Shown here one piece after another: positions 1 to 9,704 of a DNA stretch of 64,000 nt. The DNA is from Armatimonadota bacterium (GTDB lineage Bacteria > Armatimonadota > UBA5829 > DTLH01). How positions within the stretch are numbered: position 1 is the first letter of the stretch; each line of letters begins with the position of its first letter. Under the pieces are notes generated by a model. The model did not search any database. It had not been told where the DNA came from and saw only the letters and a list, made by a program, of their open reading frames with translations. The translations under genes were made by a program, and so were the position numbers. The stretch covers positions 192,001 through 256,000 of the forward strand of contig JBDKUN010000033.1 of NCBI GenBank assembly GCA_039679675.1. Reading direction: 5' to 3'.

Positions 1-274
1 GTACCTGGTTCGGTATTTACAAACCTTCAGGACAACCAGACAGGATTACTGGTACATCAGGGAGAGAAGTTCCTGCATTTTTCACCGGATTCTGCGGAGT
101 CGGCGCAGCCGAAACATTATGAGCAACCAAAGGGACGCCCTTTGAACGGCTGATATAACTTGCAGGGTTCGCTGGCACTTGCATGCTGCGGGAATGGCAG
201 GTCTGTATAATCTACTGATTTACACAGATTCAATTCCCGCAGCATTTTCCTCAAAGAGATACTTCAAAAATCGC

Positions 275-302
275 TAAAGTTTGCATCCCCAACTGTCGAT
301 GA
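275..302 (+). promoter_or_regulatory. Putative sigma-28 (FliA/SigD) promoter
   Basis: TAAA(GTTT)-N16-GTCGATGA versus consensus TAAA-N15/16-GCCGATAA, about 65 bp upstream of the ORF at 369. Confidence 0.6.
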
Positions 303-368
303 GTATTTCGGAAGAGTTTCAGGTAACGTCTGAAACTCTGTTGATATGAATTCTCTAAGAGGCAGTGG

Positions 369-1391
369 ATGTCACACAGTTCGTCATTTATAGATGACTC
401 CGTAACCGGAGATCTCGATGCATCGGGATCGAAAGGCAGAGTCCTTCTCGTAGTTTGCCTGTATGAAAATAACTTCGGCGACCAGCTTATATATCAAACA
501 ATCGAGAAAAAACTCCATCGGCAGGGATTTACGACCGAGACTGTAGAAATAAGCGAAAAGCTTTCATCTTCACGGTTGATAGAACGTGCCAACAACTCGG
601 ATTTTCTCTACTTCGTGGGCGGCGGGCTTATAGAGCGCTGGGCCCCGGACGTTATTCGATATTTTACCTCTGTATACCTGCAGCTCAGGGTGCCTCATGG
701 GGTAATCGGACTGAGTACCGGGTCATTCGACTACTCGGAGTTCAACAATTCTCTTAAACTATTCTGCGACACTGCAAGCTTCTTCTATACGAGGGATGAA
801 GACTCCGTAGAAGCATTCGTGAGGGCCGGAGCATCGAAACTTCCTGAAGTCGGAGTGGACGTAGTGTTCGCAAACGATACTCTCGGCAGGCTGCGCCGGA
901 CCGGAAGCGGTATCTCCGCCAACTTCCGAAATATCCCATACCCCGACATTACCGGAGACCTTGACTGGGCAGAGTGGGGCGTTGCCATGCGGAATGCTGG
1001 TGTAAAGTCGCTTATCCCAGACTGCAGCAATGCCCAGGAGCAGCTTGGGCTGCCTGTGAGTCAAAACTCAATACTTGCAGAGCTTACCGGCTGCAGCATG
1101 GTCGTTGCAATGCGGTTTCATATCGTGCTGGCAGCAGCAATGATGGGCGTGCTGCCGGTTCCTGTCGCATATTGCCCCAAAGTAAAGAGACTTGCCGATC
1201 AGTTAGGCATCGGGGATTACTGCCTCGGCATCAAAGACAGCGGCCGTCTCGCAGAGATAATTGATAAGCTGAAGGCCAACGAACAAATAATCAGGATTAA
1301 TCTGGCAAAGAGAGCCGCGGAGATGAAACTCGCGGCAAATAAGCTCATAGATCGCTCAATTAAAAGCATGGAGTGCGTTATAAATGGATGA
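369..1391 (+). CDS. Polysaccharide pyruvyl transferase family protein (WcaK/CsaB-like)
   Basis: N-terminal NNFGD, VGGG, TRD, and AMRFH..LAAAMMG.P...AY.PK motifs; 340 aa. Confidence 0.8.
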   Translation: MSHSSSFIDDSVTGDLDASGSKGRVLLVVCLYENNFGDQLIYQTIEKKLHRQGFTTETVEISEKLSSSRLIERANNSDFLYFVGGGLIERWAPDVIRYFTSVYLQLRVPHGVIGLSTGSFDYSEFNNSLKLFCDTASFFYTRDEDSVEAFVRAGASKLPEVGVDVVFANDTLGRLRRTGSGISANFRNIPYPDITGDLDWAEWGVAMRNAGVKSLIPDCSNAQEQLGLPVSQNSILAELTGCSMVVAMRFHIVLAAAMMGVLPVPVAYCPKVKRLADQLGIGDYCLGIKDSGRLAEIIDKLKANEQIIRINLAKRAAEMKLAANKLIDRSIKSMECVING

Positions 1392-4300
1392 TAAGTATCT
1401 GCTGTTTAGATTTGTCCCCACGATGAGGTGCAATTTCAGGTGTTCCTACTGCTTCGTCTCGAACGATGAGAAATCGACAAGGGACACGATGTTCGATATG
1501 CATTCCCCGGAGGAATGGGTCCGCGCCATGGGGAATTACAGCAACTATGATGTCGAGTTCTACTGCTGGGGCGGCGAACCGTTCCTGCTCGACGGAACAT
1601 ATGACATCGTGAAGGGTTGGACGGCATACGATCATGTCATCAGCGGCTCCAGGCTGGATACGAATATATCATTTGCCGAGAAGATAGCAAAACGCTGCCC
1701 GACGGACAAGGTCAAGCTCAATTGCTCCTGGCATACCCAGTATCATACACTGGAACAGGAAGAATCGAAGATCCGCCTGCTGAACGACATAGGCATGGTG
1801 GGAATGCTGAACTTCGTAGCAAGCCCGTACAATATGGACATCCTGAAGAGCCGGTATAATATGTCGGTAGATGACCTTATCGCGCGGTTCGATGAGATCG
1901 GCGTTTTTGTGAATATTGCCGGGGATTTTGCCCTTGTAGATAACCCAAGGTCGCCTGGATATGCTGAATACAAGGAGTTCATCTCACAGTATCTCTGCCC
2001 GGAGGACTGGAAGCAGCTCAGGTGCGAGAAGGCAGATTCTCTGTGCGAGGCGAACCGGCATTTCTTCACAGTTCATCCGAACGGGGACATTACACCCTGC
2101 CTTTCAGGCAAAGTGTGCGGCAATTTCTTCGAAGGGACTCTGAATACTCTGCCGACTGAAGTATGCAATCATAAATGTCCGAGCCTGGTAGCTTATCCGT
2201 TCAGGACGGACAACCAATTCCCGTTCAGACAGCACCTGGTGGAGTATGTAAATAGAAACAGAGAATATAGAGAGTCACTCAAAAAGCATCCCAGCGCTTG
2301 CTCATTTACCGTGCAGGCTCCCGAGGAAGAGAATACGCCGCGCGTCTCGGTGGTAATGCCCACGTACAACCATATGCAGTATCTGCCTGGCGCAGTCGAA
2401 AGTGTGCTTGCACAGACGTACAAAGATTTTGAGCTGATAATAGTAGACGACGGCTCCACGGACGATACCAGAAGCTATCTAGACAGCATAAAAGACCCCA
2501 GGGTGAAGGTGATCCACCAGGAAAACAAGCGGCTTCCCGGCGCGTTGAACACCGGCTTTACAGCTTCCAGCGGCGAACTCCTGACATGGACATCGGCAGA
2601 CAACCTGTGCCTGCCGGGGTTCCTTAAAACACTTGTCGCTGCCTTGGATGCCCATCCTGAAGCAAGTTTTGCCTGTTCCGCGTTCGATTGGATCGACGAT
2701 AACGGTAGGCTCACCGGACAGACGATAAGTGACCAGAACCTGCATTACTACAGCCTGCTCTCATGCAACCCCGGTATAGCCTCGTTTATGTACAGGCGCG
2801 CCTGTATGGACGAAGTCGGTCTCTATGATACGGAACTAGAAGGCGCGGAAGACTGGGATATGTGGTTAAGGATAATGGATCGGTTCCAGCCGGTATATGT
2901 GCCGGAGGTGCTATACCATTACCGGGCTCATGAGCAGAGTATGACAGCTCAGATACCGGAGAAGATCAGAAAAACCGCGCGGGTCGCTTTTGATAAGGCT
3001 ATAGCCCGGCTTGGCGAAGAGTTCGACATCGCAGACCTCTATCCGGCTATTGAGCTCTGCCGCGACCAGGACGCAGCCAGCTTCCATGCCTGCCTGGACT
3101 TTGGGTCGAGACTGCTCGATTCGCCGTTCGATGCTCTGGATAAAGCATGCATTTTTCTGGAAGTTGCACATACTCTTGTCCCGGAATCTCTCCATGCCAC
3201 AAGCAACTTGGCAGTGGCCTATGCGAAAGCTGGACGGTGGGATGAGGCGCTGCAGCTCGTAAACCAGATCAAGAGGGCAGATAGCCCCTATCTGCAAACC
3301 GTATGCCGCACAATAGAGGAAACTTATAACTCCGGCAGGACGGATGTTCTCAACACATTGACTGTGTTCAGAATCAGCAGAGGATCGGTAGAGCTGTTCC
3401 GTTTGGATGATGAGCAGCGGCTTGTATACAAGCCTGGCGGCGAGAATACGGCTGAGGAGATGCTTTGTGATGAGTTCAAGACCGATGACATGGGCGGGAC
3501 AGTGATGATAATCACCCCTGATCCGGCATGTCATACGGACTGCGACTCTTTTTCATTTGCGAAAACGCTGCAGGAGATCGGTTACAAGCCTATCATACTG
3601 CACCCGACATCAAGGCGGGATATTGCCGACTATGAGATCAGCAAAACAAGCCGGGACGGCATAGAGATCAGGACAATCAACTGCCTGACATCGTCGCCGT
3701 ACTGGTGCTTTGGCGACCCGCATTTGGAAAGTGCCTTCGGGAGACTTCTTACAGAGGAGGATATAGACCTTGTTCATTTTATCCACTCTGAAGGTGCGCT
3801 GTCTCCGTTGCTCATAGAAAAAGCACGGTTAGCCGGTATCCCGACGGTGCTTACACTCTGTAATGCTGACTTGATGAGCGGCCGCGAGGAAAATAGCACC
3901 GGTCCAGATGAATTCGCTGTGGAAAATGCTTACGCGAGGCGGTTGGGTGCAACATGCAGCCTTATTACAGCATCTGATCAGAATGTCCTTCAGGAAGTAA
4001 GGTCTTCAACCTGGGCTGCAGGCCTTAGTTTGGGTTTAGCGGGGATTTCAACTCATTATGCACATAACTGGGCGGTTTGCTACCACAACCTCATCGGCGA
4101 TGTTACCCCGCCTGAGACTGACAAGGTGATCAGTGTCGTGGTAACGACATATAACAGGCCGGAATGGCTGAAAATCTGTCTGGAAGGTTTCTGTAATCAG
4201 ACACTTCCCAGTAAGAACTTTGAGATATTGGTGGTCGACGATCACTCGGATGATGATCTGAGCGATATAATAGCCGAGTTTGCGAAGCGGATTCCTTTGA

Positions 4301-7182
4301 GATACATTCGTCATGACGAAAACCGTGGGGTCGGAGCAGGTCGGAATACGGGTGCGAAGGCAGCGAAGGGGGATTTCGTAGCTTTCTTCGACGATGACGA
4401 CCGCCCCGCACGAAGGCTTCTGGCCGAGCACATGCGGTCCCATCTGGAGCACCCGGAGGATAACGCGGCAGTGCTTGGATATACATCATGGGACCCGGAG
4501 CTTGAACTCAATCCGGTAATGTATCATGTCACCGAGGTCGGGCAGCAATACCTTTCGTATCCGTCCATAAAGCCGAATGTTCCGCTGCCATGGCACTGCT
4601 TCTGGGGTGGCACCGCATCTATCAAGCGAAAGCTCTTGATGGAAGTCGCAAACTTCGACGAGAGTACGCCGGTCTGTGAGGATATGGACCTGGCATTCAG
4701 ACTTCGCCATACGGGCTTCAAGGTGTATTATAACCCGCGGATAATAAGTTATATACTGCGTTCGTTTGACTACAGTGCCTTCAAAAAGCGCCGTCTTACA
4801 TTCGGTGTCGCAGCTACACAGATAACAAGCAAGCATCAGAACCCGGAACTATCTGCTTATTTTGCGGTATCGGATGCCGTAGGTAAGTGGAGCAGGATGG
4901 AACCTGTTTTGGATGATCTTGAGAGCAATATAGGCTGGCTGGAGAAATCGACACTTCCGGAGCTTCGCGCGAAGGCAGTAAGTACAGCAAATGGAATAAT
5001 ATCAGCCGAGCAATTATTGCACCAGTTGTATTATGCCGCGTTCGACGCCTACAGGTGGAAGGGCTACATCGACGAAGTTGCGTCCATCAGAGATAAAGCG
5101 CTGAGTGAACGCGGGGATGCTCCGAATATTCTTATAATAGATAAATGCCTGCCGTATTTCGACCGCGCATCCGGTTCACTGAGGCTGTTTAGCATGATGA
5201 AACTGCTTCGAAAACTTGGGTGCAGCATCACATTTGTCTCTATGATGGGGTCTATGGAGGAAAGATACGTCCCGATCCTGGAGTCGATGGGCATCGAAGT
5301 CCATCCGTGGGATCCGCAGGCACTGGCAAGGTCTGGACACAAGGTAGATAGGGCTCCACTTGACTACGAGGCGATTTTCGGCGGTCAAAAGTTCGACTAT
5401 GCCATTATAGAGTTCTGGGATGTTGCCCAGTATTATATGCCGCTCATTAGAAAATATGCTCCCGATACCGAAGTGATAGTCGATACGGTCGATATCCACT
5501 TCATCCGTGAAATGCGCGAAGCAGAGCTGAAAAATGACGATGCATTGATGGAAACATCCGCTAAAAGGAAGCGCATGGAGCTCGATGTTTACCGCCATGC
5601 CGACAGACTTTGGGTTATAACCGGGCAGGAAAAACAGACGATTGAAAATATCATTAAAAATGTGCCGGTCGATGTCGTTCCTAATATCCATGGACAGATC
5701 AGCGAAGAAAAGGAGTTCGACAGGACTTCAGGCCTCCTGTTTGTAGGCAACTTCAACCATCAGCCGAATGCGGACGCGGTCAGGTATTTCTGCAAAGAGA
5801 TATTCCCGGCGGTTCAGAGGCAAATTCCGGGAGTCAAACTGCATGTGGTCGGCGGGAACCCGCCGGAAGACATCAAGTCATTGGCTTCGGGCAGCGTCAT
5901 CGTTACCGGATATGTGGAAAACCTGTCCGAGTATCTGAAGACGGCTCGTGTTTCCGTCAGCCCGCTCAGATACGGTGCGGGGATGAAGGGCAAGATCGGA
6001 GAAGCACTCGCATGGGGGCTTCCCGTGGTGACGACATCCATCGGTGCTGAAGGCATGAGCCTCACTCACGGCCAAAATGTCCTGATAGGGGACACACCGG
6101 ATGAGTTTGCAGATCAAGTTGTGAAACTTTACAAAGACCGGGAACTCTGGGAACGGCTTTCCCAGACTGGTAGAAAAAAGATAGCCGAATGGTCGCCTGA
6201 ATCGGTAGAATCGAGCTTTAGGGAGATGCTCTTTGGCAAATCTCCAGCTCCGAGAGAGAAGACCGTCTCCATCGTGATTCTTGCATACAACCAGCTTTAT
6301 TATACAAAGAAGTGCTTGGAGAGCATAGAGCAGCACACGAATGTTCCTTACGAGCTCATAGTAGTGGATAACTGTTCGACAGATGGCACCGGCGAATATC
6401 TGGACAGCTTGACTGAGAGGTGGGAGAAATCAGAGATCGAAAACAGCTTCTGCAGATCGGTGAAGGTGATCAAAAACATAGAGAACCTTGGCTATGCGGC
6501 TGGCAACAACTGCGGCATAGCAGCAAGCACGGGGGACTATGTGCTCCTGCTCAATAATGACGTTGTCGTAACTCCGGGCTGGCTGGAACGGCTGGTGCGT
6601 CCCATGGAGTACTACAGTTGTGTTGGTATAACAGGCCCTATGAGCAATTTTGTCTCAGGCGCCCAGTATGTTGAATCTGCTTGTTATGACAAATCCACGC
6701 TGGAAGGGCTAAACGAATTCGCTGCGGAATGGGCGAAGGAATATGATGGCGAAATTCAGGGGCATATACGGGTTGTCGGGTTCTCAATGCTCATCAGTCG
6801 CTCGGTGATAGAGGAAGTAGGCGGGCTTGACACAAGGTATGGTCTCGGGAACTTCGAGGATGATGATTACTGCATCAGGGCCGTGATTGCGGGATTCAGC
6901 ACTTTGATTGTGAAAGATTGTTTCATCCATCATTTCGGCAGCCAGACATTTGCCGGGGAAAACATCGACAGAGACAAACTGATCATGAAGAACTGGGAGT
7001 TGTTTAAGGAGAAGTGGGAGCTTCCATCTGATATACCGCATAGCGGCTCGCTGAACATGGCCAGCGTGATCGAAAAACATTTTGATCCGTCTTATCACTA
7101 TTGCGCGGTCTGCCACAACGTCATTCCGAGCTTGACTCGGAATCCAGTGAAAGAATGGACCCTGAATCAAGTTCAAGGGTGA
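1384..7182 (+). CDS. Radical SAM / multi-glycosyltransferase fusion (rSAM with C-terminal Cys cluster, GT2, TPR, degenerate GT4-N, GT2, GT4, GT2)
   Basis: CNFRCSYC (CxxxCxxC) and GGEP at the N-terminus; three GT2 starts (VSVVMPTYN..DDGSTD, ISVVVTTYNR..DDHSDD, VSIVILAYNQ..DNCSTD); GT4 motifs FVGNFNHQPN and GAGMKGKIGEA; 8-nt overlap with the upstream gene. Confidence 0.85.
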   Translation: MDDKYLLFRFVPTMRCNFRCSYCFVSNDEKSTRDTMFDMHSPEEWVRAMGNYSNYDVEFYCWGGEPFLLDGTYDIVKGWTAYDHVISGSRLDTNISFAEKIAKRCPTDKVKLNCSWHTQYHTLEQEESKIRLLNDIGMVGMLNFVASPYNMDILKSRYNMSVDDLIARFDEIGVFVNIAGDFALVDNPRSPGYAEYKEFISQYLCPEDWKQLRCEKADSLCEANRHFFTVHPNGDITPCLSGKVCGNFFEGTLNTLPTEVCNHKCPSLVAYPFRTDNQFPFRQHLVEYVNRNREYRESLKKHPSACSFTVQAPEEENTPRVSVVMPTYNHMQYLPGAVESVLAQTYKDFELIIVDDGSTDDTRSYLDSIKDPRVKVIHQENKRLPGALNTGFTASSGELLTWTSADNLCLPGFLKTLVAALDAHPEASFACSAFDWIDDNGRLTGQTISDQNLHYYSLLSCNPGIASFMYRRACMDEVGLYDTELEGAEDWDMWLRIMDRFQPVYVPEVLYHYRAHEQSMTAQIPEKIRKTARVAFDKAIARLGEEFDIADLYPAIELCRDQDAASFHACLDFGSRLLDSPFDALDKACIFLEVAHTLVPESLHATSNLAVAYAKAGRWDEALQLVNQIKRADSPYLQTVCRTIEETYNSGRTDVLNTLTVFRISRGSVELFRLDDEQRLVYKPGGENTAEEMLCDEFKTDDMGGTVMIITPDPACHTDCDSFSFAKTLQEIGYKPIILHPTSRRDIADYEISKTSRDGIEIRTINCLTSSPYWCFGDPHLESAFGRLLTEEDIDLVHFIHSEGALSPLLIEKARLAGIPTVLTLCNADLMSGREENSTGPDEFAVENAYARRLGATCSLITASDQNVLQEVRSSTWAAGLSLGLAGISTHYAHNWAVCYHNLIGDVTPPETDKVISVVVTTYNRPEWLKICLEGFCNQTLPSKNFEILVVDDHSDDDLSDIIAEFAKRIPLRYIRHDENRGVGAGRNTGAKAAKGDFVAFFDDDDRPARRLLAEHMRSHLEHPEDNAAVLGYTSWDPELELNPVMYHVTEVGQQYLSYPSIKPNVPLPWHCFWGGTASIKRKLLMEVANFDESTPVCEDMDLAFRLRHTGFKVYYNPRIISYILRSFDYSAFKKRRLTFGVAATQITSKHQNPELSAYFAVSDAVGKWSRMEPVLDDLESNIGWLEKSTLPELRAKAVSTANGIISAEQLLHQLYYAAFDAYRWKGYIDEVASIRDKALSERGDAPNILIIDKCLPYFDRASGSLRLFSMMKLLRKLGCSITFVSMMGSMEERYVPILESMGIEVHPWDPQALARSGHKVDRAPLDYEAIFGGQKFDYAIIEFWDVAQYYMPLIRKYAPDTEVIVDTVDIHFIREMREAELKNDDALMETSAKRKRMELDVYRHADRLWVITGQEKQTIENIIKNVPVDVVPNIHGQISEEKEFDRTSGLLFVGNFNHQPNADAVRYFCKEIFPAVQRQIPGVKLHVVGGNPPEDIKSLASGSVIVTGYVENLSEYLKTARVSVSPLRYGAGMKGKIGEALAWGLPVVTTSIGAEGMSLTHGQNVLIGDTPDEFADQVVKLYKDRELWERLSQTGRKKIAEWSPESVESSFREMLFGKSPAPREKTVSIVILAYNQLYYTKKCLESIEQHTNVPYELIVVDNCSTDGTGEYLDSLTERWEKSEIENSFCRSVKVIKNIENLGYAAGNNCGIAASTGDYVLLLNNDVVVTPGWLERLVRPMEYYSCVGITGPMSNFVSGAQYVESACYDKSTLEGLNEFAAEWAKEYDGEIQGHIRVVGFSMLISRSVIEEVGGLDTRYGLGNFEDDDYCIRAVIAGFSTLIVKDCFIHHFGSQTFAGENIDRDKLIMKNWELFKEKWELPSDIPHSGSLNMASVIEKHFDPSYHYCAVCHNVIPSLTRNPVKEWTLNQVQG

Positions 7183-7294
7183 CGTCTTTCGTCAGGGTGA
7201 TGTGCCAGAGCAAATGCATCTAAATATGGAAGAGACAAGATGGAGAACGGGAGTCAGTATGAACGGTGTAAGTCATCACTGATTTCTTTGGATT

Positions 7295-7320
7295 GCGGAA
7301 GCGGCAGCTTCCGCTTTTCT
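7295..7320 (+). terminator. Intrinsic terminator
   Basis: GCGGAAGC-GGCA-GCTTCCGC followed by TTTTCT. Confidence 0.6.
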
Positions 7321-7382
7321 ATTGGCATTCACTATCTCTGTTATCGAGAATATGACAATTCATCACTGTCAGAAATTAGAGA

Positions 7383-7416
7383 TGCCTCTCATGGGGATGC
7401 TCCCCAACAAGAGGCA
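7383..7416 (-). terminator. Hairpin downstream of the TPR-GT gene, possible terminator
   Basis: TGCCTCT..GGGGA-TGC-TCCCC..AGAGGCA nested stem; U-tract is weak. Confidence 0.35.
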
Positions 7417-7462
7417 CCGAAAGATCGCGATGTAAGTTTTATTGCGAGAAATGGGATGCTGC

Positions 7463-9514
7463 TTAGGCCGCTTGGCATGCGGCCGTCATCTCCTCAAGAC
7501 CTGCCAGGCTGCCAGATGCTTCTTTGGACTCAGGCCATAGTTTCAGCGCCTGCTGGTAAGCAATCTTGGCAGCATCGTATACTCCCATCTGACGGTAGCA
7601 ATTACCCAAGCTTATAAACCCATCAGCACTGTCAGGATTTACAGACAGGTAATTCTGATAGACATTGGCTGCGCCGGTGTAGTTGCCGTGGGAATAAAGC
7701 GTATCGCCTGCAGCGGCATAAGCCTCAACTAGTGAAGGGTCCAGCTCAAGGACTTTGACGAAGCAGTCAAGCGCAGCTGCAACCTCGTCTTGAGCGGCAT
7801 GAAGCTTGCCCATAACCATCTGTGCGCTGGGTGAATCAGTGTCGAGCTCAAGACAGCGGTCTATGTGAGTCCTGCACTTATTATATTGCTTCAGATTAAG
7901 ATAGGAATCAGCAAGCAGTTCGTGTGACAGTGCATGATTTGGATTTTCGGTCACAGCCTTCTCTCCGAATTGGACAGCTTTGGTATAATCTCCCAACGCG
8001 GAATATGCTGATGCCATTCCATAATAAGTTTTGTAACCAAGAGCTGCCATATCCCCGGTGATTGTTATGTTTTGACCGGTTTCGAGGGCTGATTTGAACC
8101 AGTGTATGGCTTCTTCATACCTCTTCATAAGCAGCAGAGCGTTACCTCTGCATAAGCACAACTGCGGATGGTGGATATTCATACTCTCCGCTCGCTCCGC
8201 GGCAGCTAGAGCCGTTTCCGGGTCATTCAGACTACACAGTGTGTTTACCAGCCCGCAGAAAGTTGCCGCGGCATAGAAATCCTGCTTTGTATTTACAAGT
8301 TTACTTGCCTGATCGAAGTATTTAAGAGCGTTTTTCATATCTCCATAAGATGAATAAGCTGCCGCCAGGTTGTACAGACAGTGAGCATCACCGGGGTTCT
8401 CCGCGAGGTCAGCCTTGAGAAGCCGAATATAGCGCTCATGCTTGTTTCGCTTCACCATTACTTCAGGCTGATACCCGTAGTGGTGGACTTTTGCTTCAAG
8501 CCGCTTGATAGTTCCTTCGGCGGCCTCTATTGAGGGAACAATCATTTCATGCACGCGCCCTTTGTAGCGGTATTCAGGCTTGTTTCGGTAAAGGCGGCAG
8601 GTCGGGTGGACGAAAACATCCGCTTCGGAATCAGCCCGGTTGTGGTTGTAGAACAACAGCTCATAAGCATCGACAGCCGGATTTTTAATGGCATTAAGGA
8701 GCGTTTCTTTGGAATTCTCATCCAAACGCTCATCCGCGTCCAGAACGAGTATCCATTCACCTGTCGCATGCTCGATTGCGTTGTTTCGCGCATCCGCAAA
8801 GCTGTCATTCCAGGGATATGAGCAGACCTTAGCGCCGTACGATTTGGCAATCTTGACGGTAGTATCAATCGAACCGGTGTCAACGATAACAATCTCATCG
8901 ACTATATCTTTGACGCTCTCCAGACAGCCGCGCAGATACTCCTCTTCATTCTTTACTATCATGCACAAAGACAGATTCGCCTTCGACTTCTGTGGAACGG
9001 AGTCAGCTTTGTTCAATGCAGATTTCAACCGCCTAAGACGAGAATTTATATCTTCTTGTGTCGGACTATGATTAACTTTATGCTTATTACCTTTACATTT
9101 ATTGGCAGGTTTCAGATCGCAGATATTAGCGCGGATTTTCTTCAGGAAATTGACTGAATCCCTGTTTGACGGGTCAAGTTCGACAGCTTTGCAGGCATTG
9201 TCAGCTGCTTCGAGTATCCGCCCGTCCCGGCTGAGAAGCAGAGAAAGGGTTCTGTAGGTGTCTGCGAAGTCCGGCATGACTTTAATGGCTTCTCCCAGTA
9301 TCGTGCGTGCCTTTTTACTGTCACCGAGGTTATCGTAGGCGAGCGCCAGGTAATTCGTTACAGTTGCATCATTTGGGTTGTTCTCCAACTCTTTTTCAAA
9401 ATGACTCACTGCTTCGAGCCAGTGCTTTTCCGAATAAAATCTGAGTCCTAGCTGTTTATTATCTACATGTTGTGTCGTATTATCCTTGGATTGAGTGTTT
9501 ATTCGTAAAGTCAC
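7463..9514 (-). CDS. TPR-repeat GT2 glycosyltransferase (flagellin-glycosylation type)
   Basis: LSLCMIVKNEE..IVDTGS.D.T, F..ARN, LDADE, YKGRVHE, HYGY core flanked by many TPR repeats. Confidence 0.85.
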   Translation of the reverse strand: MTLRINTQSKDNTTQHVDNKQLGLRFYSEKHWLEAVSHFEKELENNPNDATVTNYLALAYDNLGDSKKARTILGEAIKVMPDFADTYRTLSLLLSRDGRILEAADNACKAVELDPSNRDSVNFLKKIRANICDLKPANKCKGNKHKVNHSPTQEDINSRLRRLKSALNKADSVPQKSKANLSLCMIVKNEEEYLRGCLESVKDIVDEIVIVDTGSIDTTVKIAKSYGAKVCSYPWNDSFADARNNAIEHATGEWILVLDADERLDENSKETLLNAIKNPAVDAYELLFYNHNRADSEADVFVHPTCRLYRNKPEYRYKGRVHEMIVPSIEAAEGTIKRLEAKVHHYGYQPEVMVKRNKHERYIRLLKADLAENPGDAHCLYNLAAAYSSYGDMKNALKYFDQASKLVNTKQDFYAAATFCGLVNTLCSLNDPETALAAAERAESMNIHHPQLCLCRGNALLLMKRYEEAIHWFKSALETGQNITITGDMAALGYKTYYGMASAYSALGDYTKAVQFGEKAVTENPNHALSHELLADSYLNLKQYNKCRTHIDRCLELDTDSPSAQMVMGKLHAAQDEVAAALDCFVKVLELDPSLVEAYAAAGDTLYSHGNYTGAANVYQNYLSVNPDSADGFISLGNCYRQMGVYDAAKIAYQQALKLWPESKEASGSLAGLEEMTAACQAA

Positions 9515-9595
9515 TGTTTTCTCTGCCTTCCCGCGAGTGAATTAACAAACTGCGTAATTAAGAATACACCTGGTAATCTTACCGGGCATTCTATA

Positions 9596-9622
9596 TTATC
9601 GGGGTTTTTTGATCTGACTTTA
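9596..9622 (-). promoter_or_regulatory. Putative sigma-28 (FliA/SigD) promoter
   Basis: Minus strand reads TAAA-GTCAGATCAAAAAAC(15)-CCCGATAA, one mismatch to consensus, about 80 bp upstream of the TPR-GT gene. Confidence 0.75.
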
Positions 9623-9704
9623 GGATTACTATACGTATCACAACTAATTGGTTCAGTTTCGTAGATGTAGCTGCTGGGTATTACTCTTGCCGGACAGGAG
9701 TGAA

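Noticed and set aside
1..186. Possible 3' end of an upstream CDS
   Set aside because: All three plus frames are open for 40-50 codons and none is recognisable, so no frame can be assigned.
173..188. TGGCAC..TGC as a sigma-54 promoter
   Set aside because: GG to GC spacing is one base short of the strict -24/-12 requirement.
7240..7617. 125-aa plus-strand ORF
   Set aside because: Runs through terminator hairpins and overlaps the TPR-GT gene antisense; no motifs.
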